Positions 1-10,510 of a DNA stretch of 24,891 nt are shown piece after piece. The notes under the pieces are model-generated. The model did not search any database, had not been told where the DNA came from, and was given only the letters and a program-made list of their open reading frames with translations. The stretch is from Octopus sinensis. Its lineage: Eukaryota. Location: positions 1 to 24,891 of the forward strand of contig NW_021836319.1 of assembly GCF_006345805.1 (NCBI RefSeq). Direction: 5' to 3'. Within the stretch, counting starts at the first letter, position 1; every line of letters starts with the position of its first letter. A program made the translations under genes and the position numbers.

Positions 1-119
1 TTCTTCAGACATATTGACACAAAATATATATATTTTTTTAACATTTAAACCTTCTGTCGTTTTTTCACTCTTACTATTTTCTATATATTCACCCACGTGC
101 TTTCACAAACCAACTTTCT

Positions 120-151
<32 letters not shown>

Positions 152-169
152 AACATATATATATATTGT

Positions 170-324
170 CAGACTCTCCTTGTTTTTTTCTGTGTCCCTT
201 TCTGTAGAAGAGCATAGGCTCGAAACGTAAAAGACTTTTTCTAATCCTGAGCGTTATACTAATACATCTGTTTGTTTTGTACACCACCTGTCTTTGTCTT
301 TTGTTTTTTTTCGTAAACTCTCCC
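170..324 (+). mobile_element. Penelope-like terminal repeat fragment
   Basis: Carries a CTG..GA-hairpin-GAAACGT motif of the kind found in Penelope-like element (PLE) terminal repeats; no ORF; boundaries approximate. Confidence 0.4.
194..235 (+). ncRNA. Degenerate minimal hammerhead ribozyme-like motif
   Basis: CTGTAGA-A, stem II GAGC/GCTC with ATAG loop, GAAAC-GTA, bulged stem I GTC..TTT/AAAGAC; core departs from CUGANGA. Confidence 0.35.
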
Positions 325-661
325 ATAAAGATTCTAACATCACCATCAAAATACAGATCCAGATACTGCAACAGCTTGGGTTTCAGAGGACCACAGCTCT
401 TTAACATCTTCCCTAAATGCCTGAGAGATTTACATGGTGTGGATGTGGGTTTCTTTAAAACTAAACTGGATCTCTTCTTGTCGGGGGTCCCAGATGAACC
501 TACCTCACGACAGGAGACACAGATGCGGGCAGCAGCATCAAACTCCCTTGTTGATCAAGTGCCACGTATCAGAAGTGGACTCACATATTAGTGTAGCTCA
601 TTCAGCGATGGTGCCCCAGCATGGCCACGGCCTTCGGGCTAAAACATTTTTAAGGATTTAA
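325..661 (+). mobile_element. 5'-truncated CR1/L2-group LINE 3' end (ORF2 C-terminus and tail)
   Basis: Peptide ...FRGPQLFNIFPKCLRDLHGVDVGFFKTKLDLFLSGVPDEP...RAAASNSLVDQ fits invertebrate CR1-group ORF2 ends; stop at 591, then a hairpin tail and TTTAAGGA repeats. Confidence 0.8.
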
Positions 662-981
662 AAATTGAAGGATATGTAATATAGTCTGACAATAGCTTAG
701 CTGACTGAAACTTCAAGGTCACTGTTAACAACATTCTAAACATAATAAATTTGTACTCTACAAAACTATAGAGTAATCCATCAGATTAATGTAAAATTGT
801 TTTTATTATAACTGAACTTAAGAAACATTTATACATATATGTATGCAAGTGTGTGTGTGTTTAATGTCACATGTAGGAAAAATATTATCATGTAAAGTCA
901 TGTTTTATGTGTTTGTTTGTAATTGACCATGATAAGACTGAATGCTACAAGAATAGTCCTGAGAAAAAAATTTCCACCTAG

Positions 982-1015
982 ACTGCTTGTGTTTTGAAGT
1001 TTGCTATCCTTTGTG
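982..1015 (+). CDS. Candidate 34-nt exon of unidentified gene
   Basis: tttccacctAG acceptor and GTAAGG donor; reads TACVLKFAILC or CLCFEVCYPL. Confidence 0.3.
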
Positions 1016-1309
1016 GTAAGGACAAACTTGTTAACATGATCTAAATGTATTAAACCCTGAAGCATCTCACAGCACATTTATGGTGTGAACATTTTCATTC
1101 TCTCTTATATTGTTGCTGCTTTGGACAGAATCCCTCTTCCGAGAGAGGAAAGAAGAGAAAGAGAGAGACAGACAGATAGAGGGAGAAACAGAGAGAGTGG
1201 GGTGGCTTCTGCTAGAGACATTATATTCTCTTCTTTCTCATTGCATAAAATTTTTTTTTCCCATTTTGTGCACTCTATGTATTACTTTTACCAGTACTAT
1301 TAGTAATTC

Positions 1310-1472
1310 AGGTGCAGGAGTGGCTGTGTGGTAAGTAGCTTGCTTACCAACCACATGGTTCCGGGTTCAGTCCCACTGTGTGGGCCCTTAGGCAAGTGTA
1401 TTCTACTATACCCTCAAGCTGACCAAAGCCTTGTGAGTGGATTTGGTAGATGGAAACTGAAAGAAGCCTGTC

Positions 1473-1515
<43 letters not shown>

Positions 1516-1699
1516 TGTGTGAAAACCGATGCTGGTATGTTTACATCCCCGTAACTTACCGGTTTGGCAAAAGAGACCAATAGAATAAGTACTAGGCTTA
1601 CAAAGAATAAGTCCTTGGGTCGATTTCCTCGACTAAAAAAGCGGTGCTCCAGCATGGCCACAGCCAAATGACTGAAACAAGTAAAAGAGTAAAAGAGTA
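1310..1699 (+). mobile_element. SINE-A (tRNA-derived), near full length
   Basis: Box A TGGCTGTGTGG, box B GGTTCAGTCCC, internal (TA)n, tail GGTGCTCCAGCATGGCC..GAAACAAGT(AAAAGAGT)n; many related copies in the window. Confidence 0.9.
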
Positions 1700-2054
1700 A
1701 TACATAATATTAGTATTACTATTACTGTTTGCTGATACCCAATCACCATTAGTTTCATTAGTATTATAGTTTTTAACTCATCTATTCTCCAATAATTGAA
1801 AAATGTTTCCCCGTGTATCAACCTCATCTTCTATATTTCTATTTAGATAAGATAAAATCCCCAATTGTCGCCATGTGTCTTATCTCTCAATATCTCTCAA
1901 ACTGGATTTGCACTCAACACACATTTAAAAATCTTTATTCTTTTGGATAACCATGTTCAGTTTTTTTCAGCAGTAGCAACAATGATGGTTGAAATTAATT
2001 GCCCGACTTACATATTGGCCAATCAGTAAAAGCTATATATATATATTTTTTGAT

Positions 2055-3060
2055 ACTTTTTATTTTTTTTACTTTTTTTTTTGCAGTCATTGCACTGCCC
2101 TGATGAGTTCAGTCAAACAAACATTGGATCTTTTCGGTTTGAACGGCAGTTTTTAACATAATTTCTAGGTAACTAAAAAATTTTAAACTCCGTATACTGG
2201 TAGAATGTGTTTATAAAACATCTTTTTCTCTTGGCTTTATTGAGAAAATTCTATAGTTTGTAAGATATTTGTTGTTTTTTTCTTCAAGTTCTGCAATTTC
2301 AACCAATCAAATACGTCTATTGAGGTAAAAAACATTCTGTGCCGTATGAATATGTCCCTCGTTTAAGAAACAGATTGGGTTTATTTACATTTGTGAAGAA
2401 AATAAGATACCCTTCCCCCACCCCTAACCCTAACTAACCTTAACCCAAAAACTTAGCGATTCGGCAAAACATACCGATAGTGTTAAGAAGCAGAGGATCT
2501 CTTCGGTTTGAACGGCAGTTTTTAACATAATTTCTAGGTAACTAAAAAATTTTAAACTCCGTATACTGGTAGAATGTGTTTATAAAACATCTTTTTCTCT
2601 TGGCTTTATTGAGAAAATTCTATAGTTTGTAAGATATTTGTTGTTTTTTTCTTCAAGTTCTGCAATTTCAACCAATCAAATACGTCTATTGAGGTAAAAA
2701 ACATTCTGTGCCGTATGAATATGTCCCTCGTTTAAGAAACAGATTGGGTTTATTTACATTTGTGAAGAAAAAAAGATACCCTTACCCCCACCCCTAACCA
2801 TAACCCTAACCCTAAAACAGATTGAAATGCAATAGATTGATAGGATCATAATTATGGGTGACAATTTCATATGACACCGCTAGAAAAAACTGCCGTTCAA
2901 ACCGAAAAGATCCCAAACATTCCCAAATACTTACTCTTTTTTATAGCCTAATACTTATTTTGTTAGTCACTTTGGACAAACTGCTAAGTTACAGGGATGT
3001 AAACAAACCAGCATCTGTTTTTCAAACAGTGTGGGAACAAATACAAAGACACACCAGTAT
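2055..3060 (-). mobile_element. Old SINE-A 3' half, interrupted by a TIR element
   Basis: Flanks of 2126-2913 join into a degenerate reverse-complement SINE-A body (..ctgctaagttacagggatgtaaacaaaccagcatc..). Confidence 0.55.
2126..2913. mobile_element. Non-autonomous DNA transposon composite (Merlin-like MITE) with internal duplication
   Basis: Perfect 29-bp TIRs (2126-2154, 2885-2913) starting GG; 8-bp TSD CAAACATT (2118-2125, 2914-2921); third TIR at 2495; internal (CCCTAA)n. Confidence 0.88.
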
Positions 3061-3261
3061 CAGTGTAGGTAAATGTTGAACTATGTAGTTAAGTAGTTCT
3101 TTAGCAATTCTCTGGTTCTGGGTTAAATTCCACAGCATAACTCTTTGACAAAGAATTTTCAACTTTACCCTGAAGTCAACCTGAGTCTTGTAAAAAGAAT
3201 TAAGACAAGAATTGTGTGGATGACTTTTGGATGAATTCTAGATATTCTTGGGAGGGATTTT

Positions 3262-3492
3262 TAATCTATGTCCTTTTTGCATTCAGATTACTTTATCAAA
3301 TATAATATTTATTTATTCACATTGCTTAGAATGAATCCTGCATTATCTTGCAGCTTTGAGATTTTAATGATTTGATAGTCTATTTTCAGAATGACACTGT
3401 AAGGTAGGTGTGAGATGCTAAATCAAGCCAGTTTGAACATAAAACAGGTAGAATATTTGGGTCAGATATGATCAACTTAAATGCTAGGAGTT
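3262..3492. mobile_element. Degenerate piggyBac-like MITE
   Basis: Similar to the element at 16632-17808 (cattcagattact.., ccagtttgaacata..gtagaatatttggg..aaatgct); ends eroded. Confidence 0.45.
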
Positions 3493-3614
3493 TGTGGTAT
3501 TATGCTTAACTGCCACAACTCCTACATCTTCCCTGAACTGGGGTGGTTGTGCCTGTCAAACACCCTAGTTATAGACTATATAGTAGAAACTATATAGGCG
3601 AATAGAAACTATAA

Positions 3615-3845
3615 GGCGGTGAGCTGGCAGAACCATTAGCATGCCGGGCGAAATGCGTAGTCGTATTTCGTCTGCCGTTACGTTCTGAGTTCAAATTCCG
3701 CCGAGGTCGATTTTGCCTTTCATCCTTTCAGGGTCGATAAATTAGGTACCAGTTACGCACTGGGGTTAATGTAATCGACTTAATCCGTTTGTCTGTCCTT
3801 GTTTGTCCCCTCTATGTTTAGCCCCTTGTGGGTAATAAAGAAACA
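3615..3845 (+). mobile_element. SINE-B (tRNA-derived), full length
   Basis: GGCGGTGAGCTGGCAGAA head, box B GAGTTCAAATTCC; 15-bp TSD TATATAGTAGAAACT at 3577-3591 and 3846-3860. Confidence 0.9.
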
Positions 3846-4309
3846 TATATAGTAGAAACTGGCCTTGTCCCTAAGGCAATGGGACTTGCAGGAAGGCCAA
3901 CTCCTAGACATATCATGTAGAACTACTGGTATATAGACATGCTCTGATATCATATGAAGTAGTCACCTTGTGTAAAGGATGAATAGGTTTGTGACTCAAG
4001 AGTAAACTTTGGAGAGGGTAGGAAATTAGCAGAGTAAATTAGTAAACTGAAAAACAAACCTAGAGAAGACATTAGTAAATCTACAGTGGTGGTTTCCCAT
4101 TGTCTTCTTTCCATGATCTTCCCATTCATATGTTGGCATGACATATGAAAAAAAAAAAAAAAAAGAAAATTGCTTAGCCATTTTGATAACAATCTGCCCG
4201 AGACTACTTCTGGTTCTAGGATACAAACTTCCTATTTCAACAGGGATCTGAATTAAAACCAACCACCAAAATTTCTTGCTAATTTTGTTCCAAATACCAG
4301 CTTAATAAT

Positions 4310-4520
4310 CAAATTTTGGTAAAAGGCCAACAGTTTCAGCAGAAGGGGTATGTATATTATATCAACTCCAGTACCCAGCTGCTACTTTTTTTATTGACCC
4401 CCAAAAGGATGAAAGGCAATGTTAACCTTGACAGAATTTGAACTCAGAACATAAAGATGGACAAAATACTACTAAGCATTTTACCTGGTGTGCTAATGAT
4501 TCTGCCAACTTGTTATCTTA
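4310..4520 (-). mobile_element. SINE-B related copy, diverged
   Basis: Reverse complement of SINE-B head and core (..aggatgaaaggcaa..aatttgaactcagaac..gctaatgattctgcca). Confidence 0.7.
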
Positions 4521-4530
4521 AACACTAACT

Positions 4531-4727
4531 TAATAATCCTTTCTACTAAAGGCACAAGGCCTGAAATTTTTTTCGTGGGGGACTAGTCAATTACATCTAT
4601 CTCAGTGTTCCACTGATACTTAATTTATTGACCCTGAAAGAATGAAATGCAAGGTCGACCTCAACGAAATTTGAACCCAGAATACATTTTACCTGGTGTG
4701 CTAATGATTCTGCCAGCTCACCACCTG
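4531..4727 (-). mobile_element. SINE-B related copy, diverged
   Basis: ..gtcgacctcaacgaaatttgaaccc..gattctgccagctcaccacct is the reverse complement of SINE-B. Confidence 0.75.
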
Positions 4728-5021
4728 GAACACCAACTTTATAATTACAGTTATTTCACTAAATTCTTCATTATTTTCAAAATTACTTGAAACAAAGGCC
4801 TTGTATTTTAACAGAAGAATGGTAACAAAAGGATTAACCTGTTGCCCAGTTTAACACCATTACTTGATCCTTTTATATACTTTAGCAGAGTCCATTCTAT
4901 TGCAGATATTCTGACTAGGCTCTCTGGTATGATGATAATTCTGTGTCATCCTCCCACCACTAACATCACCACTCATCTTGATACCCCACATAAAGTTGTG
5001 AGTACTGCGGAAAATAAAAAA

Positions 5022-5210
5022 AAGAAGAATTTTGTTGAAGAATTATCTTCCAGAACAATCATTTAGCTTGGAAATTATTTTACTGAGGAATTTTTTTTTC
5101 TCTCTTTTTTTTTGCTGAGGAATTTATTTTGTCGAAGAATTAATTTGCCAAGGATTTATTTTGCTGAAGAATTAATTTGCTGAAGAATTATACTACTGGA
5201 GAATTATTTC
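5022..5210. repeat. Degenerate ~17-bp minisatellite (GAAGAATTAATTTGCT-like)
   Basis: Recurrent (t)gaagaatt / gaggaatt units. Confidence 0.6.
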
Positions 5211-5822
5211 TTTTCACATAAGAGTACTTCGCAAAATAAGCATTATAAGGATGGGGGAGAAAACGATCTGAATGCTATAGCTTTTAATGCTGAGAAAATA
5301 TTTGTTTGAATGTTGGAAGATAAATCAATAAACGTATTGAAAACTCTTAAATGCAAATCTTTATTGATACAGCATCTGATTCAATATTTAACATTTGCAA
5401 TGTTTGTATTTGGGAAATCAATGCATTTGTTCAGATTTTCCTGAAATGCAGTTCTTTATGCTGATTCAATATACTGAAGTGAACTCTCTCAGATCAATCA
5501 ATAAAGATTAAACCCATTCAGCATTAGCAAAATACTTTCGTCTTCTTTATTTTTATATATTTTCTAATACTTTTTTTTTTTCTAGCTTATCAATCCATTG
5601 ATCATTGGATTTTAAAGATTTCTCATACTTTCCCCAAAACAAATCTCATTTAGATAGCATTCTCAAGCAAGAAAACATTCAGAAAAATTTTTACATTATG
5701 TTTATAAATTTTCCGAATCCTATAACCTTATCTTATAGTATTTATTTTATCTTCAATACTTATTTATTAAATACCGCATTATCAATATGATATTATCATA
5801 ATGAATTTTCATATAAATTATC

Positions 5823-5970
5823 TATACACATATATACATACATGCACACACCATGCATGTGCAGACTCATGCATGATTGCACACATGCATGTGTACATTC
5901 ATGCATATATGCATGCACATATGAGCATAAACATAGCCACACACACACATACACATATACAAACATACAC
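5823..5970. repeat. Compound CA/TA/CATG microsatellite
   Basis: Seen directly. Confidence 0.8.
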
Positions 5971-6174
5971 ATCCTCTTTGTAAATTCAGTGTGTTTCCTT
6001 ATACTTAATGAGACTGTAAGTATTGTCCAGAATTCTACTGGGATAGCCATTAATGTTATGCTCTCAGAATGATGATACCATAGGAAAAAGTACATAAAGG
6101 ATAGATAAATTAATAAATAAAGTAAAACAAAGCACATTATCATCATCATAATAATAATATGTCCATTTTCCATA

Positions 6175-6590
6175 CTGACATGCATTAGACGGCTTGCCTG
6201 GAACTGGTAAACCAAAAAGTTGCGCCAGGCTCCAGTTTGTTTCAGCTCAGTTTCTACAGCTTAACCCTTTTGTGACCAACCCGGCTGAAACCGGCCCTGG
6301 ATCTGAGTACAAATGTCTTGTTTCCATAAGTATTAAATTAAAATCTTCCACCAAACCTTAGTCACAATTTATGTTCCTAACACTAGCTTAATGGTAACTA
6401 AGTTATTTTACAAAATTGTTTGTTATATTTAAAGTAATTGAAAGAAACACAAAGCATCTCAAAATAAATACAGTAACAAAAGGGTTAATGCCCTCCTAAT
6501 GCCAACTACTCCACAGCATGTACCAAGTGCCTTCTATGTGTCACTGGCACAAGTGCCCTTAATGTATCAATGGCATGAGCGCCAAAATTT
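6175..6590 (-). mobile_element. Degenerate RTE-like LINE 3' tail remnant, split by a MITE
   Basis: ..ccaggctccagttt..gtttctacagc | tgccctcctaatgccaac.. matches the copy at 10781-11098. Confidence 0.5.
6265..6484. mobile_element. piggyBac-like MITE
   Basis: TTAA|CCCTTTTGTGAC...GTAACAAAAGGG|TTAA: TTAA TSD and CCC/GGG termini; a related right-end fragment at ~4740-4837. Confidence 0.85.
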
Positions 6591-6787
6591 ACTAATAATA
6601 CATTCAGTGTTTTTGGAGTTGGAGAACACTACTTCATAAGCCTCATTATACTACATGTATTATACTACATGTTTTACATGAAAATACATGTAGCAATGTA
6701 TTTTCAATGTACATTTTTTTTCATTAATGCAGTGTAGATTATGACAGGTTTATGTAATTTGATGATTCAGTAAATATTCTTTGCTCC

Positions 6788-7245
6788 TCTAGGCACAAGG
6801 CCTGAAATTTTGGGGCAGGGGGTGGCGCAGTCAATTTGATCAACTCCAGTATGCAACTGGTACTTAATTTTTAAGGTGGCGAGCTGGCAGAAACATTAGC
6901 ATGCCAGGCGAAATGTGTAGCCGTATTTCGTCTACCGTTACATTCTGAGTTCAAATTCCGCCGAGGTTGACTTTGCCTTTCATCCTTTCGGGATCAATGA
7001 ATTAAGTACCAGTTATGCACTGGGGTCGATGGAATCAACTTAATCCGTTTGTCTGTCCTTGTTTGTCCCTTCTGCGTTTAGCCCCTTGTGGGTAGTAAAG
7101 AAATAGGTACTTATTTAATCGACCCCGAAAGGATGAAAGGCAAAGTCGACCTCGGAGGAATTTGAACTCGTAAAGATGGACAAAATACTGGAATGCCTTT
7201 AAGTAGTTTGCTCAGCATGCTAACAATTCTTTCAGCTCACCATTT
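6788..7245 (-). mobile_element. SINE-B related copy interrupted by a + strand SINE-B
   Basis: 6788-6872 and 7106-7245 join into one reverse-complement copy; GGTACTTA duplicated at both junctions. Confidence 0.75.
6873..7105 (+). mobile_element. SINE-B, full length, nested
   Basis: Highly similar to 3615-3845. Confidence 0.9.
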
Positions 7246-7269
7246 TAATGTGTCTAGAAATATTAACAA

Positions 7270-7445
7270 AAGGTGTGGTTCTGTGATAAGTTTACTTTCC
7301 AGCCATTTGGTTCTGAATTCAATCTCATTGCATGGCACCTTGGGCAAGTGGGCCTTCTACTAATAGCACCGAGCTGGTCAAAGCCTTATGAGTGCATTTG
7401 TCAGATGGAAACTGAGAGAAGCCTGTCATGTGTGTAAATATCTGT

Positions 7446-7490
<45 letters not shown>

Positions 7491-7500
7491 CATACACACA
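7270..7500 (+). mobile_element. SINE-A 5' half, diverged
   Basis: ..ggcaccttgggcaagt..gatggaaactgagagaagcc.. followed by (TA)n. Confidence 0.7.
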
Positions 7501-7817
7501 TATATCATCATCATCATCATCATTTAATATTTATTAACTCTAAATTTTAAAAAAACCCATAGTCTTTGGATTCTAAAGCTCTTAAAAAGGTTGATTTTAT
7601 AGTTTTGGCACTTTTTAAAGGTGTTTTTCGGTCGTTTTAGAACAAAAACTTCTTTTTTTTTCTATAATAAAAATTCACATTCATGGTTTATTGATAACTT
7701 CCATTACATTTTTAAAGAATTAACTAATTAACAGTTATCGAAGTTAACATTTTGGTTAATGGATTAATGCTTAACGAAGTTAACTTTTCAATTAACAGTG
7801 CCCACCTTTGTATAATA

Positions 7818-8150
7818 TATTATTATGGCTGCCCCCTCGTTATCGAGTATGGCTATTGCACGAAGCTTAACTGTTACTGGTGCTGTGATCAAATGCGACT
7901 TTTTAGCCCAGCTAAAGATCTACAATGTCTTGTAGAGAATTGGCAACTAAAACCTTTACGGGTAATAGCCGGCTGTAGTTGTAACTGGGCTTCATGTACC
8001 TTTGCATGTCGTTTAAGTCCTCCTGCCGAATTACACTCTCTTCCACATGCCCAACAGATATGATTAGTATAGTGTGTTACACCACCACCAGTGGCCAGGT
8101 TGTCACTCATCTGTCTCGCTTTATGACTACGAAGATGACTCTTGAGTCCA
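7818..8150 (-). mobile_element. 5'-truncated RTE-clade LINE (ORF2 C-terminal zinc-finger-like region)
   Basis: GLKSHLRSH..CWACGRECNSAGGLKRHAKVH..CQFSTRHCRSLAGLKSRI; (TAA)n tail; 8-bp TSD GTATAATA at 7810-7817 and 8151-8158. Confidence 0.75.
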
Positions 8151-8155
8151 GTATA

Positions 8156-8186
<31 letters not shown>

Positions 8187-8511
8187 CGCACACATACACA
8201 CATATACACACCCACATATATACACTCACATATACATAAGTATCACAATGGAATTTCAATATCTTTTTAACATGTTGTCCATTGAATGAAAGATAAATGA
8301 TGATAATATGTTAAAAGAACTTGCATGGTTGATCTAATTCCATTGCAAAAGCAAGAATGGCATGGTCTTGAGCAGGTATTAGGTTCTGCTTTATACTTTC
8401 TTATCTAAAGAAATATTTTTTCCTGCTGTGTTTGTTTTGGAAACACTGCTACATAGCTATAGAACTATTTTGAGAATGAAAGGAACATATTTTTATTTTT
8501 TTATTTTCCAG

Positions 8512-8578
8512 GTCTGGTAGTGCACTGAATAATATCAGACACAATAATAAACTCATTCGAACATCTGGACATTATAAA
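8512..8578 (+). CDS. Candidate terminal exon of unidentified gene
   Basis: Strong acceptor tttttattttccAG; SGSALNNIRHNNKLIRNIWTL* in one frame (other frames stop early); AATAAA near 8733. Confidence 0.25.
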
Positions 8579-9112
8579 CTTAGTGAAAAATGGCAGGAAA
8601 GAACCCAGTTATTTTCTTTATTTCTATTTTGTTAACAAATATGTTGCGATATAAACATATTCGCTATTAATAGTCATTATGGTAGTATGCACGAGAGGAC
8701 ATATAACCTCGTCCCATGAGCCAAAAAAAAAAAATAAATAAATAAAAAAGAAATGTATGTTTCATGTGTGAGAGTATCTTTGAGGAGATATCAAAAGAAC
8801 ACTCAGAATTAGATGTAGCTTTGATGAAAAGATCTCAAAAGACTGGCCAAATTTTTGTTAGAATGCAAGAACACATGAAAGATATTGGTGTCTGGTCATA
8901 AAATAAATTGAAATGACGAGGGAAATATACTCAGAAGCAGCAGTTGCTGCATGAAAATTAATGGTGAAGTAAGTGCTAATGTATTTGATGTAGGGAAACA
9001 AGATGTTGTGAAATGATTAAAAACTACACTCTTAGTGACGGGTAAAAGTCATTAACTGAATGATTAATTTCAGCGGTAAAAGATACAAGAGGCAGCTCGG
9101 AAGTGAAATTCA

Positions 9113-10460
9113 TCATAGTTGTCTCATTGTCATCATCATCATCATCATTGTTGTTGTCATCATTGTCGTTGTCATTATCATGTTTAACTTCACCATTATC
9201 ATCATAACCATCATCATTATTATTGACATTGTCCTCCTCCTCCTCCTCCTCATCATCATCATCATCGTCGTCATCGTTGTTGTTGTTGTCATCATGTTTA
9301 ACTTCACCATTATCATCATAACCATCATCATTATTATTGACATTGTCCTCCTCCTCCTCCTCCTCCTCATCATCATCATCGTCGTCATCGTTGTTGTTGT
9401 TGTCATCATGTTTAACTTCACCATTATCATCATAACCATCATCATTATTATTGACATTGTCCTCCTCCTCCTCCTCATTATCATCATCATCATCGTCGTC
9501 ATCGTTGTTGTTGTTGTCATCATGTTTAACTTCACCATTATCATCATAACCATCATCATTATTATTGACATTGTCCTCCTCCTCCTCCTCCTCCTCATCA
9601 TCATCATCGTCGTCATCGTTGTTGTTGTTGTCATCATGCTTAACTTCACCATTATCATCATCATTATTATTGACATTGTCCTCCTCCTCCTCCTCCTCCT
9701 CCTCCTCATCATCATCATCATCGTCGTCATCATTGTTGTTGTTGTCATTATCATGTTTAACTTCAACTTTATCATCATAACCATCATCATTATTATTGAC
9801 ATTGTCCTCCTCCTCCTCCTCATCATCATCATCATCGTCGTCATCGTTGTTGTTGTTGTCATCATGTTTAACTTCACCATTATCATCATAACCATCATCA
9901 TTATTATTGACATTGTCCTCCTCCTCCTCCTCATCATCATCATCATCGTCGTCGTCATCGTTGTTGTTGTTGTCATTATCATGTTTAACTTCACCATTAT
10001 CATCATAATCGTCATCATCATTATTGACATTGTCCTCCTCCTCCTCATCATCATCACCACCTCTACCACCAACACCAACTTCATCATCATCAATTTCATC
10101 TTCTTCATTGTCAACATTGTTGTTGTTATCATCATCATAATCGTTGCCATCATCATAATTGTCAACATCATCATTGTCATCATCATCATCATCCCCATCC
10201 CCATCATCATCATCGTCGTCATCGTTATCATTGTCATCATCGTCATTGTCATCGTCCTCATCGTCCTCATCGTCGTCATCATCATTGTCGTCACCATCGT
10301 CATCATTATCAACATCATCAACATCATTGCCGCCGTCGTCATTATCATTATTGCCATTGTTGTCATCACCGTCATCGTTATCATCATCATCATCGTTGTC
10401 ATCATTTCCACCATCATCATTATTGTTATCATCATCATCATTATCGTCATCATCATCATT

Positions 10461-10499
<39 letters not shown>

Positions 10500-10510
10500 G
10501 TTATTGTTAA
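9113..10510. repeat. Trinucleotide-derived array with a 111-117 bp higher-order repeat (8 units)
   Basis: ATGTTTAACTTC landmark at 9180, 9294, 9408, 9522, 9636, 9753, 9864, 9981; flanked by a simpler (ATC/GTC/ATT)n mosaic. Confidence 0.95.

Noticed and set aside
2097-2120. CTGATGAG..AAAC hammerhead-like string
   Set aside because: No GAAA or stem II; lies in a decayed SINE-A tail.
4850-5005. Possible very old CR1 RT remnant (FSRVHSIADILTRL)
   Set aside because: Similarity too weak to call without an alignment.
8750-8901. Short frame CFMCESIFEEISKEHSELDVALMKR..
   Set aside because: About 50 codons, no splice sites, no recognisable family.
9180-9990. CRISPR-like regular spacing
   Set aside because: Whole units repeat with no unique spacers; eukaryotic satellite.
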